This document shows, one piece after another, positions 10,986 through 24,744 of a stretch of 64,000 nt of DNA (the first letter of the stretch is position 1; each line of letters begins with the position of its first letter). Source of the stretch: Callorhinchus milii (Eukaryota); NCBI RefSeq assembly GCF_018977255.1, contig NW_024704742.1, positions 45,448,001-45,512,000 on the forward strand. The letters are read 5' to 3'. Below the pieces are notes generated by a model. That model did no database searches. It saw only the letters and a list, made by a program, of their open reading frames with translations, and was not told the DNA's origin. The translations under genes were made by a program, and so were the position numbers.

Positions 10986-11864
10986 ACTCCTCCCAACACA
11001 CCCAGAAAAACAGGGAAAATAACAAAGATCAATCAACAGAGGAAAGTATCTTATTGTGAACTTACTTAGTTGTAAAAAGTAATTGTGATGTGGAGAGCTA
11101 CAAGTAGCCAGGAGATTATTTCAAGGAAAAAAGGTGAAAGTTAAGAACATATAACTCACAGAAATCTTCTGTGCAATGTTCCTTGCAGTGAAGTAAGAAT
11201 TAAATCTTCCCTAAGGTGCCATATAACTAAAATACAGAATTGGGTTTCAGAAAATAAATTACATCAAACGTTGGAGATTGGGAGTGGTCAACTTATATCA
11301 ATAACGACTCTTTCTCTTGAGTATGACATGACAACCAGCCCAACATTTCCATTCAATTATTAATAGCCTTGAGTCAGTAAGGTGATTTAATGAGAACTTT
11401 TAAGTTCTCATGTTGGTGTTTTGAAATTAAATCTTTGCAAGTGCTTGAAGAAATGCACTGTTTTCAATGGTATCACTATAGGCAAATCCAGAATAATAGT
11501 GCAAAATTGCTTATGAGATGTCTGAAGCAATACTGACTGAGAATGCACTTTTTCTAACATTTCACCTCTGTATCAGTAGGAATTCTGTTCTAGTTAAACT
11601 TCATAGCTGTCCTCCGGAGTATCTCGCTGTCAATACTGTCTTTGCTTACTGGACTTGAAACAGAGTGTAGTATCTGAGCAGGTGTGAGATATGTATGCAA
11701 GTGTTTCATGTTTCTGCATGCAAATTGTGAAGTTTCAGATATAAACATGTCATAAACAATAGGAATAGCTTTAATATTATGTTCCTTGGCAAATGGCTGC
11801 CAATCTTTCCATTGTTTTAATATTCACCTGGATACCTAATCATATTTAACACTTTAATTCTCTA

Positions 11865-12155
11865 GCAATACTCTACAATAAGAGAGAGGTGAATGACTGA
11901 TTCATGTATTGTGCTGATTTTGAATGATAGAGGAATATTGGCTAGGATGCCAAGAGAGTTTCCTTGCATTTTGAAAAATATTGCCGAGCAATCTTTAATG
12001 TTTATCTGAACCATCAAACCAAATGTCAGTTGATGTCTCATCCAACAATGCAGAATTTCTTCTTAACTGAACCCAAATGTCAGGTCTATCTTGTGAGGTC
12101 AATGCCTGGTACGGATCTTGTACCCACAAGCTTCTAATTTAGAAGCAAGAGTGTT
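11865..12155 (-). mobile_element. SINE-B (DeuSINE-like), strongly diverged
   Basis: Colinear in reverse with 22400-23010 and 28990-29352. Confidence 0.6.
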
Positions 12156-13599
12156 GAGGGAAAGTGACTTTCTGACTAAATTCACATTTGATATTGTGAA
12201 ATTCACAATATCTGATGATATCCATCTTTAATTTCTGCTGTTGGACTGAATGAGAAATAAAAACAAACCAAAATGTATAAATTAGGCTTTTATTGTGTTT
12301 CATTTTTACCTTCGAAAACCACCAGAGTTCTTAATTGTTGTAAGCAGGATTATAGATATGTAGTAGATTGCTGGGGTATCTCTAACAACAATAACATCTA
12401 GCATCTCTGCTATCAGCACACTACCACATAAATAGTAGTTAGTTGAAGACTGACCCACTTGCTTTCAGACCAGTTTCTTGAAGCGCAAAGCTTAAAGTCT
12501 TGGTGACATCTCTCCACCACTGCAACTGGACATTTATGAGAAATTAGAAATCTGCCATGATCTCTATTTTTTATGTTTTCACCAGTATATAACGTAGGAT
12601 TGTGTTAAAATCAAACCATGCTCTTTATTCAGCAGGCTCTCTCAAGAAATATATTTTATTTTATGTTAAACCAAACAAAGCCAGGAAGGTATTGTAAGGG
12701 TGAAGGGGAATATTTGTCTTTCTGCTAGTTTGCATATTTGAAGATGTGAGCTTGTCATCATAGATCTGCTTAGCCTATTATTCCTTTTGCTTTATCTTGC
12801 ATTCATTGACAACCTTAGGGAGGAACAATGGGAGGTAAATGCATTTCCTTAGCATACAATAATATACAGCAAGAAACAATGACATCTTAATATCTATCTA
12901 ACATTGTATTTAATTTTGTATCATTAAGATGCGTGCACACAAGATTAATCCATTGAATTTTAAATAAAAGAAAAATGGGGACATGTGAAGCTACAGTTCC
13001 ATTTTTCAATAAATGCATTAAATGTGTGAGTTTCAAATGTAGTTAAGATGCATGATTTGGAGGGATTGATTTTATCTAAAGATGCAAAGAAGGGAGCAAT
13101 CAGAAACCCCTCATGATTGAGCACTGATCAGATCAAAAGGCTCAAAGCAACTTGGCATTTACAGCTCTGTTGGATTAGAGTCTAAAATTTGACAGTCGAC
13201 AATTGAACCCAATAACTGAAGAATATCCTACCAGATGTTATGTAATTCAAGGTAGTCAGAGTGAAGGGCATACATATCAGCCCAAGTTCAAAGCAGAGAC
13301 AAATGGCTCTTTAATTTAATGTTTGCTTATATTTTTTCTCATATGTGACATTGTTAAATTAATGATTAGGTACACAATGTCCACAGAAAAAAAATCATTT
13401 GAGCTGCAGTCCAAAAAATAATAGATTCAATATTGGCAATTGAATGTATTTATGTCACTGCATTTATATACATTTTAGATTTATATTCACCACAGTGGAT
13501 TCACTTCAGTATTTTGATGCCACCTCTTGGTTTTACATTAGTGTTCAATATCATGGATTCTTCCCCATGACTGATCACAAGATCTCCTTATCTTCACAA

Positions 13600-13880
13600 G
13601 ATCACAAGAGAGGTTTAGGTGAAGAAGGCCCTTGGGCTTATTCAAGCTCATCGTTTCAAAATACTAACCTTAGCATCTTTCCTGCCTTCCTGGTAAGTTA
13701 TTCCAGCAGTTGGTTACATGCTGTGTAAACAAGTACTTCATAATGTCTGTCCTGAATTTGCATTTCATAACCCAGAACTTATGTACTCAATTGCTACTGT
13801 GCCGGATTGTTTGAAATTATTTTTATGGATTTATTTTTTCTGTCTTCTTATACAACATGCATATAAGACCATTTTGTCTT
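13600..13880 (-). mobile_element. CR1 3' fragment, diverged
   Basis: GTTATTCCAGCAG...TAATGTCTGTCCTGAATTTG pattern of antisense CR1 3' end. Confidence 0.55.
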
Positions 13881-15010
13881 AACATTTAAAATTGTGCAGA
13901 TTTGTGGGAATTCTTAAATCTTCAGTGTTACTTTGTAAGACTTTTTTTAATAAAATTCTTATCAATTAACATTTTTGGCAATTCTGCATAACCCTTAAAT
14001 TATAAGTAATGTGGTCTTGCAGGCTAAGATTAAATGGAATTTCAGGCTTCTAGCCATTTCTTATAGCTCATCTCTCTTGAATATCAGCCTCAGTAATCCT
14101 TGTTTTATGCTCTCCTCTACATCTTATGATTTTGGAAGTATAAATCCTCTTTGTTAAAAAAAATCAAGAAAAGAGCTTGTGCAGTTGTTTTTGTTTAACA
14201 GCTGGCTAGGCTCATATAGATGTCAAAGCAGGTATTTCAGATACAGAGAGACACAAATTACAAGATGTATAGTTTAATCTCTTCTGCAGTGTTGTGCATT
14301 TTAAGGGTTATGGGAAAAGGTGGAGAAATAGAATTAGTAGATTTGCCATGACCTAACAAAATGGCAGTGAAGATTCAAAGGGCTGAATGACATCCCTATG
14401 TTCCTTTGTTTTTACTGCTAATTCATTTGGCCAAGCAAAAGATAGTATTGTATTTTGGGGCTGATGCAACCCCCTCCAGGGTGCACAAGTCTGCTCAATT
14501 TAAGGTTTTGGTCTGGTTCCGATACCTATACAGAAACAATCCTATTTGAGCAAATAGTGTTGAATCACAGAGGAGTTTCACTGGAAAGGGATGGAAGAAT
14601 GCCTCATTCTATAACCCTTTGCTGGCTGAGGAAGGCTTCACTCTTCAATCTTTCTTTGCCTTTTAATATTGGCTGATCCATCAGATCATCAGGATACATT
14701 GACTCAGCTTGATGGACAATACATGGCAGCGACAGTTCAGCTGGTCAGTAGAGTTACCAACAATCAATAGTGACAGTTCTTGTTTCAGCCCTGGAAGCTA
14801 ATATCAATGAAAGGAAGAAGCTAATATACCATTCTAAAGAACATAACTACAGCTGAGTCGAGGCTGATATCCCAGTAATTGTTGCCTCATAAATATTAAT
14901 GTTCCACAAACATTATCCTTGCTGCTATTTGTGTTTGAGTCTCACCTTCAGCAATATTGTTAAGCTGGAAACACCATCACATGGGGTAGAAATTCCACAT
15001 TAACTATATC

Positions 15011-15328
15011 GGAGTCCTGTACCTCATTGGTTAGAGCACTCGCCTCGCACGCGTGAAACCTGGGTTCCCTGCCCGGCAGGGCGAAACCATGGGCAAGTTT
15101 CCTTACTCCACACTCCTGACAATAATCCCTCAAAAAAAATAATAATAGATAAAAACATAAAAATTGGTCACTTCACACGACTGTTTGTGGGACACTGCTG
15201 TGCGCAATTGGTTGCTGCGTTTCGCCCACAAATATACAGTCAATTCACTTTACAGTATATTCTGTGAAGCACTTTGAGACATCTAGAAGACATGAAAAGC
15301 GCTATATCAAATGCGAGGATTATTATTA
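15011..15328 (+). mobile_element. SINE-A, full length (short variant)
   Basis: GGAGTCCTGTACCTCATTGG head, CTCGC-CTCGCAC-GCGTG arm (CGC), Deu-like domain, L2-type tail + (TTA)n. Confidence 0.92.
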
Positions 15329-15879
15329 ATGTAGCATTACAGAAGGTACAGAATTTAGCAGTTTCTTAAATCCAGCTTTGCTTAATGTTTGAAACTGTTT
15401 TCCTGTGAGTTGTTTTAGAAAATCAGCTTTACAATTCAACAATTTGCCAAAGTCTTGATGCTGTACAATGATCCATAAATGAAGCATGTCTGGATGCCAA
15501 TAGAATTGCTCCGAATTCTGTTCACATTTACTCAAGGTAGCTGGGAAGTCAAGTCTTTCATTGGATAATTAATTCCTTACTGGAATTTAAATTTTGATAT
15601 GGACTAATCTTACATAAGTGCTCTAATGGTCTTATTTGATCTTAAACTCCTGCACTTAAAACTCTTTGCTAACCTTTATTTTGACGTGAAATAATACTGT
15701 GCACTTTAATTGATGACCCACTCTATCTTCTTTGCTACACAGATAGGCTAGCTTTTTCAGGGGCATTTGTCATTGTTGGCAAGAATAAAACATATGTGAT
15801 GAGATAATCGTCAGCAGTGATAATTATCATTACATGTTGCTTTATTTTTGATTCATGCATTTGAGTCCTGGTTGTCTGA

Positions 15880-16125
15880 AAAAAATCATAGGATCAGGGG
15901 TAGCTTATCTGGCCAAGGGATCATGTTCTGCTATTTCATTCGATGAATGTCAGCTCTTTATATTTTTACTTTTTCAATCTCAGTATCCCTTAATGACTGT
16001 ATTCCCCAATTATCCATCTATCTGTTTTAAACACTTGAAAAAGTTGTGCTTTTATAGAACTTGTAGTCCAATTTATTCAGCATTCTTACAGCCATTGTGA
16101 TATGCTAGAATTGTTTCCTATTTTT
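15880..16125 (-). mobile_element. CR1 3' fragment, diverged
   Basis: TATCCCTTAATG...TATCCATCTATCTGTTTTAAAC antisense CR1 end pattern. Confidence 0.5.
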
Positions 16126-16149
16126 ACTTTCATTTTGTTTATCTCTCAA

Positions 16150-16330
16150 ACATCTCAATGCACATTAGAATTAATTACGTCAAATGTAGTGCCATGTTTT
16201 GTGGGTAAATCTATTCACCATTTGCACAAACAATCCCACAGACTGCCAGGAGGTGAATGACCAATTCACTTGACTTGAACTCACTACCCTCTGACCTGCA
16301 GGCGAGTCTGTTACTAACTGAGCCAAACTG
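16150..16330 (-). mobile_element. SINE-B remnant (head + Deu domain)
   Basis: CTTGAACTCACTACCCTCTGACC...CTAACTGAGCCA antisense tRNA-like head. Confidence 0.6.
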
Positions 16331-16629
16331 ACATTATTAGCCTGACCTGACAGCTCAAGCTGACATTTGCTTCAGTGTTGCAGCGCTCTAAGCTAGCTGG
16401 AATGTATAGGTCTTCAGAGTCCAAGAATCAATGTCTGCGCTGTTATGCTCCCTTTTGTATGAAGAGATTAAATAAGTAAAGGAAGGATGTTCAACTACCT
16501 GACATTTGTACAGATTTTCTGATTCTCTGAAGGAAGTTAACCTTCAAGTACACAACTACCACCCAGCCAACTCCTTGAATCTTTCTCTGACGTGCGATGC
16601 TTAGAGCCGTTGTAGTTTGTGTTCTATCA

Positions 16630-16940
16630 TTATAATGATAATAATTCGTGGATTTGAATAACGCTTACATTAAAGTATTTCAAAGTTGTATTTGTGGGTG
16701 AATGTGGCAGCCAATATGCAGACAAAAATGTCCCACAAACAGCCATGAGGTGAGTGATCATTTTTTTTTAATCTGTGGGATTGTTCACCAGGGCACCAGT
16801 AGAAGCTCCCTTCTCTTTTTGATATGTTTTACCTGAACAGGCAGATGGGACCTCGGTTTAATGTCCCATCCGAAGGACGGCATCTCTGACAATGCAGGGT
16901 TCCCTGGAGTGTCAGCCTGGATTGTGAGCTTAAAACCCTG
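16630..16940 (-). mobile_element. SINE-B (DeuSINE-like)
   Basis: TGTCCCACAAACAGC...CCTCGGTTTAATGTCCCATCCGAAGGACGGCATCTCTGACAATGCAG. Confidence 0.8.
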
Positions 16941-17394
16941 ACATTGCTACATATGTCAAATAAATAAAAGTGCAACACAAAGTCACCTGAACAAAGATGG
17001 GGAAGAGAGAACAGCTTGCATTTAAATTTCCTTCAGAAAAGAAGACCGTCTACAGTAAATAATCTTAAGTTTATAATCGTGTTCATATGTAACCAGTCAT
17101 TGAAACCAATAATGATTTCCAAGAGTGCTAAGAAAGAATATCTTCAACCAACACAATCTGTATCTTGTAAACAGGTTTCCCACTGCTTCTGTCACTTGTC
17201 TCTATCAAATTTTGTGAAATAATATTGCCATGAAAAACAATTAATTCAATTAAATATGGCATACAGCATACATATCAAATACAAACAGTTTTTACTGGGT
17301 TTATTGTGGAGTTTGCATTATCCGGGCATTTGGAAATAATCAGTTGCATGCAAAACAAGTAGATACACATAAAATTACAATACAATGCAGAATA

Positions 17395-17830
17395 CTAATT
17401 TATATTTATATAGCACCTTTCACATCAGGAGGACCTCCCAAGGCACTGACACAATTGCAAAGAACACTACAATATAAAAAAAGCCATTTGGCCCGACTGG
17501 TCCATGTCACTGTTTATATTCCACGTGAGCCTCCACCTCTTCAAACCCCTCTTCCCAACCTCTCTATTCTGATCTCCCTCTTACATGCATCACATTTCAT
17601 CTTGAATACGTTGATGCTTCCTGTTTCAACCATAGAATCCAACAGTGAGTTGTTCCACATCCCTACAATCCTCTGCATAAAGAGTTTCTCCTAAACTCCT
17701 TTCTGCAGCTGCTACTCTCAACCTTACAGTTCTGTTCCTTGTTGTGGATAAACTAGCGACTGGAAACTGTCTATTCATTTCCACTTTATCGAATCCTATC
17801 ATAATTTTAAACACTTTATCAAATCCTTTT
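17395..17830 (-). mobile_element. L2 tail (17395-17452) abutting a CR1 3' end (17460-17830)
   Basis: ATAGCACCTTTCACATCAGGAGGAC antisense L2 tail; FKIMIGFDKV CR1 motif on minus strand. Confidence 0.8.
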
Positions 17831-18349
17831 ATAATTTTAAGATAATCTTAAACATACATTTTATATAAGCATACAGCACTTCCATAATAATAATGTATCC
17901 ACAAAATATCGTTTGTGAAAGCTCATTAATGTTATTTGTGAGCATTTTCTATGCTTTCATAACAAAACAATACATACGGTGAAATTGAGAAAGAAGGTCA
18001 GGTTTTGCTTCAAGACGTTTCAAATCACAGATATTTTGACAAAAAAATAAGTAAAGCTCCTCCAAAAAACTATACGTGTCCTTCGATTCCGTTTTTTTTC
18101 TTCTTATGTTGAAATTTTTGACACAATCTCAAACCATACCTTAAGGAATCAATAATTTTCCTGTTTCTTTCATTGTGATGGAGAGCTTGACCTGTTTTGA
18201 TGAGTTTCTTGCCAGGAGCAGCGTCAAACATGATTATACCTCATGGATTCATCAAACTTTTAAAAGCAAAGCACCTACCTCAGGACTCACAGAGCAGAGA
18301 ATCATTTCACTTCTACCTCTAGCTTCTCATTTTAGAGATGTAGAACCTC

Positions 18350-18767
18350 ACACCAACACAGCCGTAACCATCATCCATACTGTTATCATTTCCCGCCTCA
18401 ATTATTCCAGTGCCTTCCTCACCAGTGTCCCCAGCTCCACTATCAACCACCAAATCCAACTAATTCAAAACTCCACCGCCCATATACTCACCCACTCTAA
18501 ACTCCATACCCCCATTGCACCAGTCCTTGCCAGACTTCACTTGTTCCCTATCACAGAACAGATTGACTTCAAGATCCTCACAGTCATCTATAAATCCCTT
18601 CATGCCTTACCTCCCTAACCTGCAGATCACAATTTAAGATCTTCCTCTTCGACTGTGCCTACGGGCATTCCCCTTTGCCCCTGACTCAGCGTCTAGCTCC
18701 ACCACTGTTAAATGCCCCAGACGCTACCCTGTGTGAACGGTGCTACATAAATGCAAATTGTTGTTGT
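18350..18767 (+). mobile_element. L2 3' fragment with internal deletion
   Basis: IIHTVIISRLNYSSAFL...LIQNSTAHIL...LARLHLFPITEQIDFKIL; (TTG)n tail. Confidence 0.88.
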
Positions 18768-18949
18768 AGAAGCACATTCGAGCGATTCTTTACCTTCTTT
18801 CCATTCTCCTATGCATTGTACTTTATTGAAACCGATCTCCACTGTGGAAATTGTATAGCAGCTTTCAATTCCTCCTGGAAAAATAAGTATGTTATTAGGT
18901 GGTGCAAATATCATGTTCAAAAATATTATTGTCACAAAAAGTAAACTAG

Positions 18950-19130
18950 CAGTGTCAGTCCAGCTCATTTGATAACACTCCTGCCTTCATAATTGTTTAT
19001 GGGACTTTGCAGTGTGCAAAATTTGCTGCTGCATTTGTCTATAAAATACAGTCTCTACACTCAATAGTAAATTTTGTGAAGAGACGTTTTGATGACATGA
19101 TACGCCGCTCATCAAATATCAGGACTATTA
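18950..19130 (+). mobile_element. SINE-B remnant (Deu domain + tail)
   Basis: TGTTTATGGGACTTTGCAGTGTGCAAAATTTGCTGCTGCATTT. Confidence 0.6.
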
Positions 19131-19744
19131 TTCAGTAATATTACAGAAAAGTTTCAATGTAATAACATTGACCACATCATAATAGTCCAATATAGAATGA
19201 ATCCTCATTCAGGATCAACTCACTGGGCACAAAATCTACCTGGGATACTCATTTTTATTCTCTTGTGGTCAGCATCAATCTTGGCAGTTTTATGAAAAGA
19301 GCAAAGTTTTTTTTTGATAGTGTTTGGCCTGTGGCTTTAAACATCTTTTCACAATAGTGAGTTTGAGCTCTGCCTCAATATTTTGTTTAAAAATTCTGAT
19401 TTATGCCAAGCCCTTCCCTTGAAATGTTGTACCAGTTGCAGGAAGGCTTTTCTTGCAATTGATGATTATGATTCATGATGGGTGCCTCCAGCACCTTTTC
19501 ACACATCACAATTTCACACAATGTCAGAATTCTCCAGCAGGTCCATAAACTATATCATCCGATAGCCAGAAGAGCTGATAAAATCCAGAACCAGTGAAAC
19601 TGTAAATCTTTTGTGGTCACATGCTGGAAGCATGGGATGTCAGCATATAATTCATCACTCGCCCACCTTCAGTCCTGTAAAGTAGGTGAGAAAGTATCAG
19701 AATAAAGGTGATTTAGGGTTGATACATTGTATAAAGTATAAGTC

Positions 19745-19950
19745 TGGCTGAGTTGGTAGCATTCTTGCCTCTGAGTCAGAACGTTATGGGTTCAAGTGCT
19801 TGGAAAATGCTGCGTTGTCAGAGGTGCCGTGCTCCAAATGAGTTGATAAACAGAGTCTGCATGTTCAGGTGGATGTTAAAGATCCCATGGAGATACTCGA
19901 AATGAGAAGGGAGTTTCCCCCGGTGTCCCGGCCAAATGTCTCCTTGTCAA
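19745..19950 (+). mobile_element. SINE-B 5' part
   Basis: GGCTGAGTTGGTAGCATTCTTGCCTCTGAGTCAGAACGTTATGGGTTCAAG head; CAGGTGGATGTTAAAGATCCCATGG. Confidence 0.8.
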
Positions 19951-21199
19951 TCATACATAGTGTGATATTTCATCAAAGACCCAAGATGAATTTACAAATT
20001 ATCAATGAGCTGACTGTAAATTAATTTTGGAAAATATTGAGATGCTTTCTCTGAAATGCTTAATCCATTTTTGTAACTGTGTTAAAACAATCCGAAAATG
20101 GGCTGAAGTCATTTGTAAAAATGAATGTGAAAATGTTATTGCGTTTGAACTGGATTTTCATCACTGTTTTGCTGATCATATTAGAATAGGGTCAATTAGA
20201 GGATTTCTCTTTAGATTTGGACAAGCATTTCAACTTCCGATTGACTTTGATGTAATAATCCAGACTGGCCCTTGAATTTGCCCCTCGAGACAAGGAAAAT
20301 CAGACTGAAGCTCAGTTTGAAATTAAAAGTGGCATAATGTGTAACCAGTATTAAAGTTTAATAAGATAGAGCTTATATGTGGCTTTAATCAAATGATAGA
20401 AAGAACAAAATACCAGAAAAAAGGTCAGAGTTTAGTCGACTTAATTTATTACAGGCAGTAACATTAAAAATAAAACAGCCCTAAGTGTCTCCAAAGATTA
20501 TCCCTTTGAAGTCTCTGCAAGAAGTCCTGTGCCCTACAAAATGAAATTGTTTATTTTTTTCAACATGTTAATTCTTTTACCATTACAGCACCAGAACAAA
20601 ACACACCAAGCTGAACATTTTTATTGGAATTTTTGAAGAAAGCTGTAATTTCAGAAACATCATTCCACGTCTTTCTCCAATTCCCTAACAAATTTTAAGC
20701 ATGCTTAAATTTTAAGCATTAAATAATAGTTTTAGTGATCACTATGCTGAACCTATTTGAAACACACTTGAAAGAGCTGAACAGATTTGAGTGTTCTGAA
20801 GGTGAACATGATTCTTTTGCTACTGACCGGTGATGATGACAAGGTTGTTCTGAGGCACGTGATGTGTTGAATGCAACTCAAAGTTTCTATAATTTTGAAT
20901 AAAGTTAGATTGCCATGTATATGTTTAGCAAATAGACAGGATTTTTCAAGTATTTGTTTCACAAACTGAATTTACATCTCTCATTGTTTCCGTGGGAGCT
21001 GGGCAATGAAAAATTAAACTATTTGAATAATGGTACAGTGATTTGATTCTGGGCTATGTTCTCAGGAAGAGTTCCAGACATTGCATCTTTCTCATATTTT
21101 CCCTCATCCTCCAAACCAAATTCAGATAGGATTCCTTTAGCTGCATCATGACAGAGTAACACACTTACTCAACACTGATTACTTAACTATCAATAATAA

Positions 21200-21480
21200 T
21201 AATTAAAATAATAATGATAATACTTGCAACTGATATAACTTTTTTCATATCAAGATATCTCAATGCACTTCACAGAGATTTCTGTTAAAGTGTATGACTG
21301 TATTTATAGATGAATATGACAGCTAATTTACACACATCAATAGCCTACAAACAACCATGAATAGAATGACTAAGATTTTTTTTTCTCTGGAGGATTGCTG
21401 GCCAAGAAACCAGGAGAAACAACTTATTTTTGAAAAGCTCCATGGGTTCTTTAATTCCCTTTGAACACGCGGATGGAACG
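21200..21480 (-). mobile_element. SINE-B 3' part, diverged
   Basis: (TAA)n tail, antisense Deu-like domain, TGGCCAAGAAACCAGGAGAAAC. Confidence 0.6.
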
Positions 21481-22399
21481 TTAAGATAGCATCATCTTAG
21501 AAATGATGTTTGAGATTGCTCTTTTCTAGACCATTATCTCAACGAAAGAGGCATCTCCCAAATTGGCCATAATATTTGCCACTTGTCAGGAATGTAAAGA
21601 GTGGGTGTTCCACTTCCTGCATAAGCCTCGCATCGATATTACCCACAATTGTAACACCATTTTAACTCCTTTGAACTTCTTTGGATATGATCATTTACCT
21701 ACAAATGTTTGTTGAAAGGTTTAACTGATTCATAAACATAGTCAAAAATATCTTGGTAAATAGTATACCTTTAATATCATTGCTGAGTACGGTTTAAGGG
21801 TTGTTTAGTGTTACTGTTTAGCTGCCTATGAGAGGTATAGAAGTGTAGAGAGGATGATATTGAGTATTTTTGATTTTATTTCAGACCAAATTCATGAGGA
21901 GTGAGATTGTCATGAACAGCAATTTGTACTTATGTAAAGCAGGGTAGGTTCTGTCGATGCAGGTACTAAAAATGCAGTGTTTTCTCAGCCCGATATCAGA
22001 TTGTCACCCTGGACTGTGTGAGTTTTAAGTCACAACATAGGGTTTGAACAAACTTCTAACTCAAGAATTAGAATACTACCAATTGATCCAAACTCACACA
22101 CTGATTTTTCTGACAGGCACCAATTCTTCAGCAATTGTACAGAAATAATCTGTTCATTTATATTCACTTCATAAAAAAATAATTAACTAACTGTGCACTA
22201 GGTGGACATTCTGGAAAGTGAATCTCGTTCTAATTGACGTCAGTAAATATTTTGCTGGGAGCCTAAAAAGGCGGGACACCATCAGAAGGCTGGGCTGACA
22301 GAATAAGATTTTAATTTTAATTATTTTACCCAAATGGCTTGCTTTCTGCCAGATGGGAAAAAAATATTGCACACGTGAATCTCCATGTTTTAGGTGGGC

Positions 22400-23010
22400 A
22401 GCCAGTTGTTAGCACTCTCGCCTCTGAGTTAGAAGGTTATGATGTAAGTCCACATCAGGACATTGAGCTCACAGTCTTGGCTAATGTTCCAATGCACTGC
22501 TGAGGGTGTGCTGCACTGTTGGTCATAATGTCTTTCAGATGTGGTTTTCTCACTCCCTGCGCCTCGCCCCCCTCTCTTCCTATTTTCAGGTCTCAGCTGA
22601 AGACCTTTCTTTTTGACCGCGCCTTTGGTCACCTTCCTCCCCCTCCCCCTGGCTCGGCCCCGGGATCATTACTGTGAAGCGCTCTGAGACGCTGTCCGGT
22701 GTGGAGGGCGCTATATAAATCCAAGTTGTTGTTGTCGTTTTAAACCAAGGTCCAACCTGCCAGTTCACGTGGACATTAATAATCGCATGGCATGATTCAA
22801 AAAGAGAAAGGACTTTGTTCCCCTGTCATGGCCCTCAAAGTAAATTGATCACTGACTTCATTGGCTTGTTGTGGAACATCGCTGTGTCCAAATTAGCTGC
22901 TGCATTTGCCTACAAATAGACAGTCATTACACTTCTCAGGAAAATCCTGTCAAGGGTTTTGAGATGTCTCGATGACATGATAAAGTGCTACAGCAAATGC
23001 AATAATTATT
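22400..23010 (+). mobile_element. SINE-B near full length, interrupted by an L2 3' end
   Basis: TAGCACTCTCGCCTCTGAGTTAGAAGG head; resumes TTAAACCAAGGTCC after the insert; Deu domain and tail. Confidence 0.85.
22545..22738 (+). mobile_element. L2 3' end nested in SINE-B
   Basis: LKTFLFDRAF-like sequence, GTGAAGCGCTCTGAGACG...GCGCTATATAAAT, (GTT)n. Confidence 0.88.
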
Positions 23011-24014
23011 ATATATTATATTTTAGCAAGAGGTAAGATCCTGTTATTAAAATGAATGGGAGAGTATATTGCTTCAAGAAGTGAAAAGCTAAAGGAACTT
23101 TATTGATATTCCCATAAAAATCATTGAAACAATTGCAAGAGGAAAAGGAACTATCCAGCATAATTGAATTTTTATATCTATCTTTGTGACATGTGATAAA
23201 AGCAGTGACTATTGTATTTATTCCAGATACTATCATTCTAGTATTTCCTTAAAGCTGAGCATAATAAAGACATTTGGCTTCCAGGATGTATAAACACGTT
23301 GAAATGCTAATGCTGAAATATCATTTGGAGTTACACATATTTTGGAGAAAGACAAGACATTCTGTTGATCCTAGAATTATGGTGGCCTCAAGAAATCCCT
23401 TTGTTTTGCTGATCCCATAAAAATAATCCATCATGACAACTGGGCTCCAGCCAAGCTTATATTGCGAGGTTCTCAAATGAGAAAACCTGCCAGAGCTTTC
23501 AATAAGTCATGAACACATTGTCCCAGATGTGATAATGCTTACAGCACAGTAGCTTGGGGTATTTGCTTGTAGACTAATCAAGTAGAATTCTGGTTGTTGC
23601 TACACCTTTGGTAACGTTGGCTGATAGTGGGGGATTTCGCCATAGCACTCACACATTGCCAAAGGCATTACATGTAATATTGACCAGAGATTCAGTCCAC
23701 AAAACAGATTGAGAGTGTGACAATTCAGTTGGAATCCTAAATTGAAGAACCCAGAATTAACTCACGCTGACTCAGGAGAAATTCCTTCTAACACAATCTG
23801 TTATTGGATAAAAGTTCCGTGAGTTGATGGGATCTGCGTGTAGTGATCCTCTTATTAAAGTATTCTCCACTAGGAAGTCTTGTTAAAGGAATCTCATCTG
23901 AAATAAGCACAATTTAGACATCAATATCTCTGCAATGAACAGTGCTCCTATAGAGTGAGACCTATTATTCGCTGACCTGGAAAAGAAATGCCAACAAAAC
24001 CACCCAGAAGGTGT

Positions 24015-24280
24015 CAAAAACAACAACTTACATTTATGTAGCACCTTTCATGCTGGATGGAGTCTTAGAGGGCTTAACTGCTCTGTGGCGAGCCAGGGGG
24101 CAGGGGAAGGTGACCATAGGCATGGTCGAAGAGGAAGGTCTTCAAGCGCGACCAAAAAATGGGGAAAGATGGGGCAAGGTGAAAGGATTGAGGGAGAGAG
24201 TTCCACAGCTTCGGGACGTAGTGGTGTTAGCCGTCAATAGTGGGGCGGATGGTCCAGGGGACAAGGAAGAGTTTGGGACA
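24015..24280 (-). mobile_element. L2 3' end, diverged
   Basis: ACAACAACTTACATTTATGTAGCACCTTTCA tail; GGCATGGTCGAAGAGGAAGGTCTTCA. Confidence 0.8.
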
Positions 24281-24339
24281 AAAAAAAACCTCTAATGTTC
24301 TGAATATAAGCAGCCTTGAAAGACATGTTCATTCATTGT

Positions 24340-24725
24340 TCCCTACCCCAGCTAAAATGGGATTCTTCCCACTCCGCTTCTGATAACCCTGCAAATAAAT
24401 GCACTGACAAATAGGAAGATTTTAGTCAGACAAGCGCTGGGAATCCTACCATTGGTTTGCAGTGGTGAGCTGCATAGTTTTAGTTCGCTGTACTCAAGCT
24501 GTAGCTCCAGGTTTGAGGATTCTGGAGTCCTCAACCCTTGGCTCTTGCCAACCTGCACCTAAGTTCTCTGGAATGAGGTAAATGGGGTGACTCTCTGGGG
24601 AAAGAGTACATGCTCTCTACCAAATCAACTGTGACCATGCATATGAGAAACGCTTAATAGTTTGCTATGGGTATTTAAGCATAGTGATGAACATTTGTGT
24701 GTAAAGATACAAGGCTGACCACAAC
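24340..24725 (+). mobile_element. Rep-A copy, diverged
   Basis: GGAGTCCTCAACCCTTGGCTCTTGCCAACCTG...GGTAAAT matches 38150-38210; ends GCTGACCAC. Confidence 0.6.
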
Positions 24726-24744
24726 ACGACCCCCCCCCACCACC

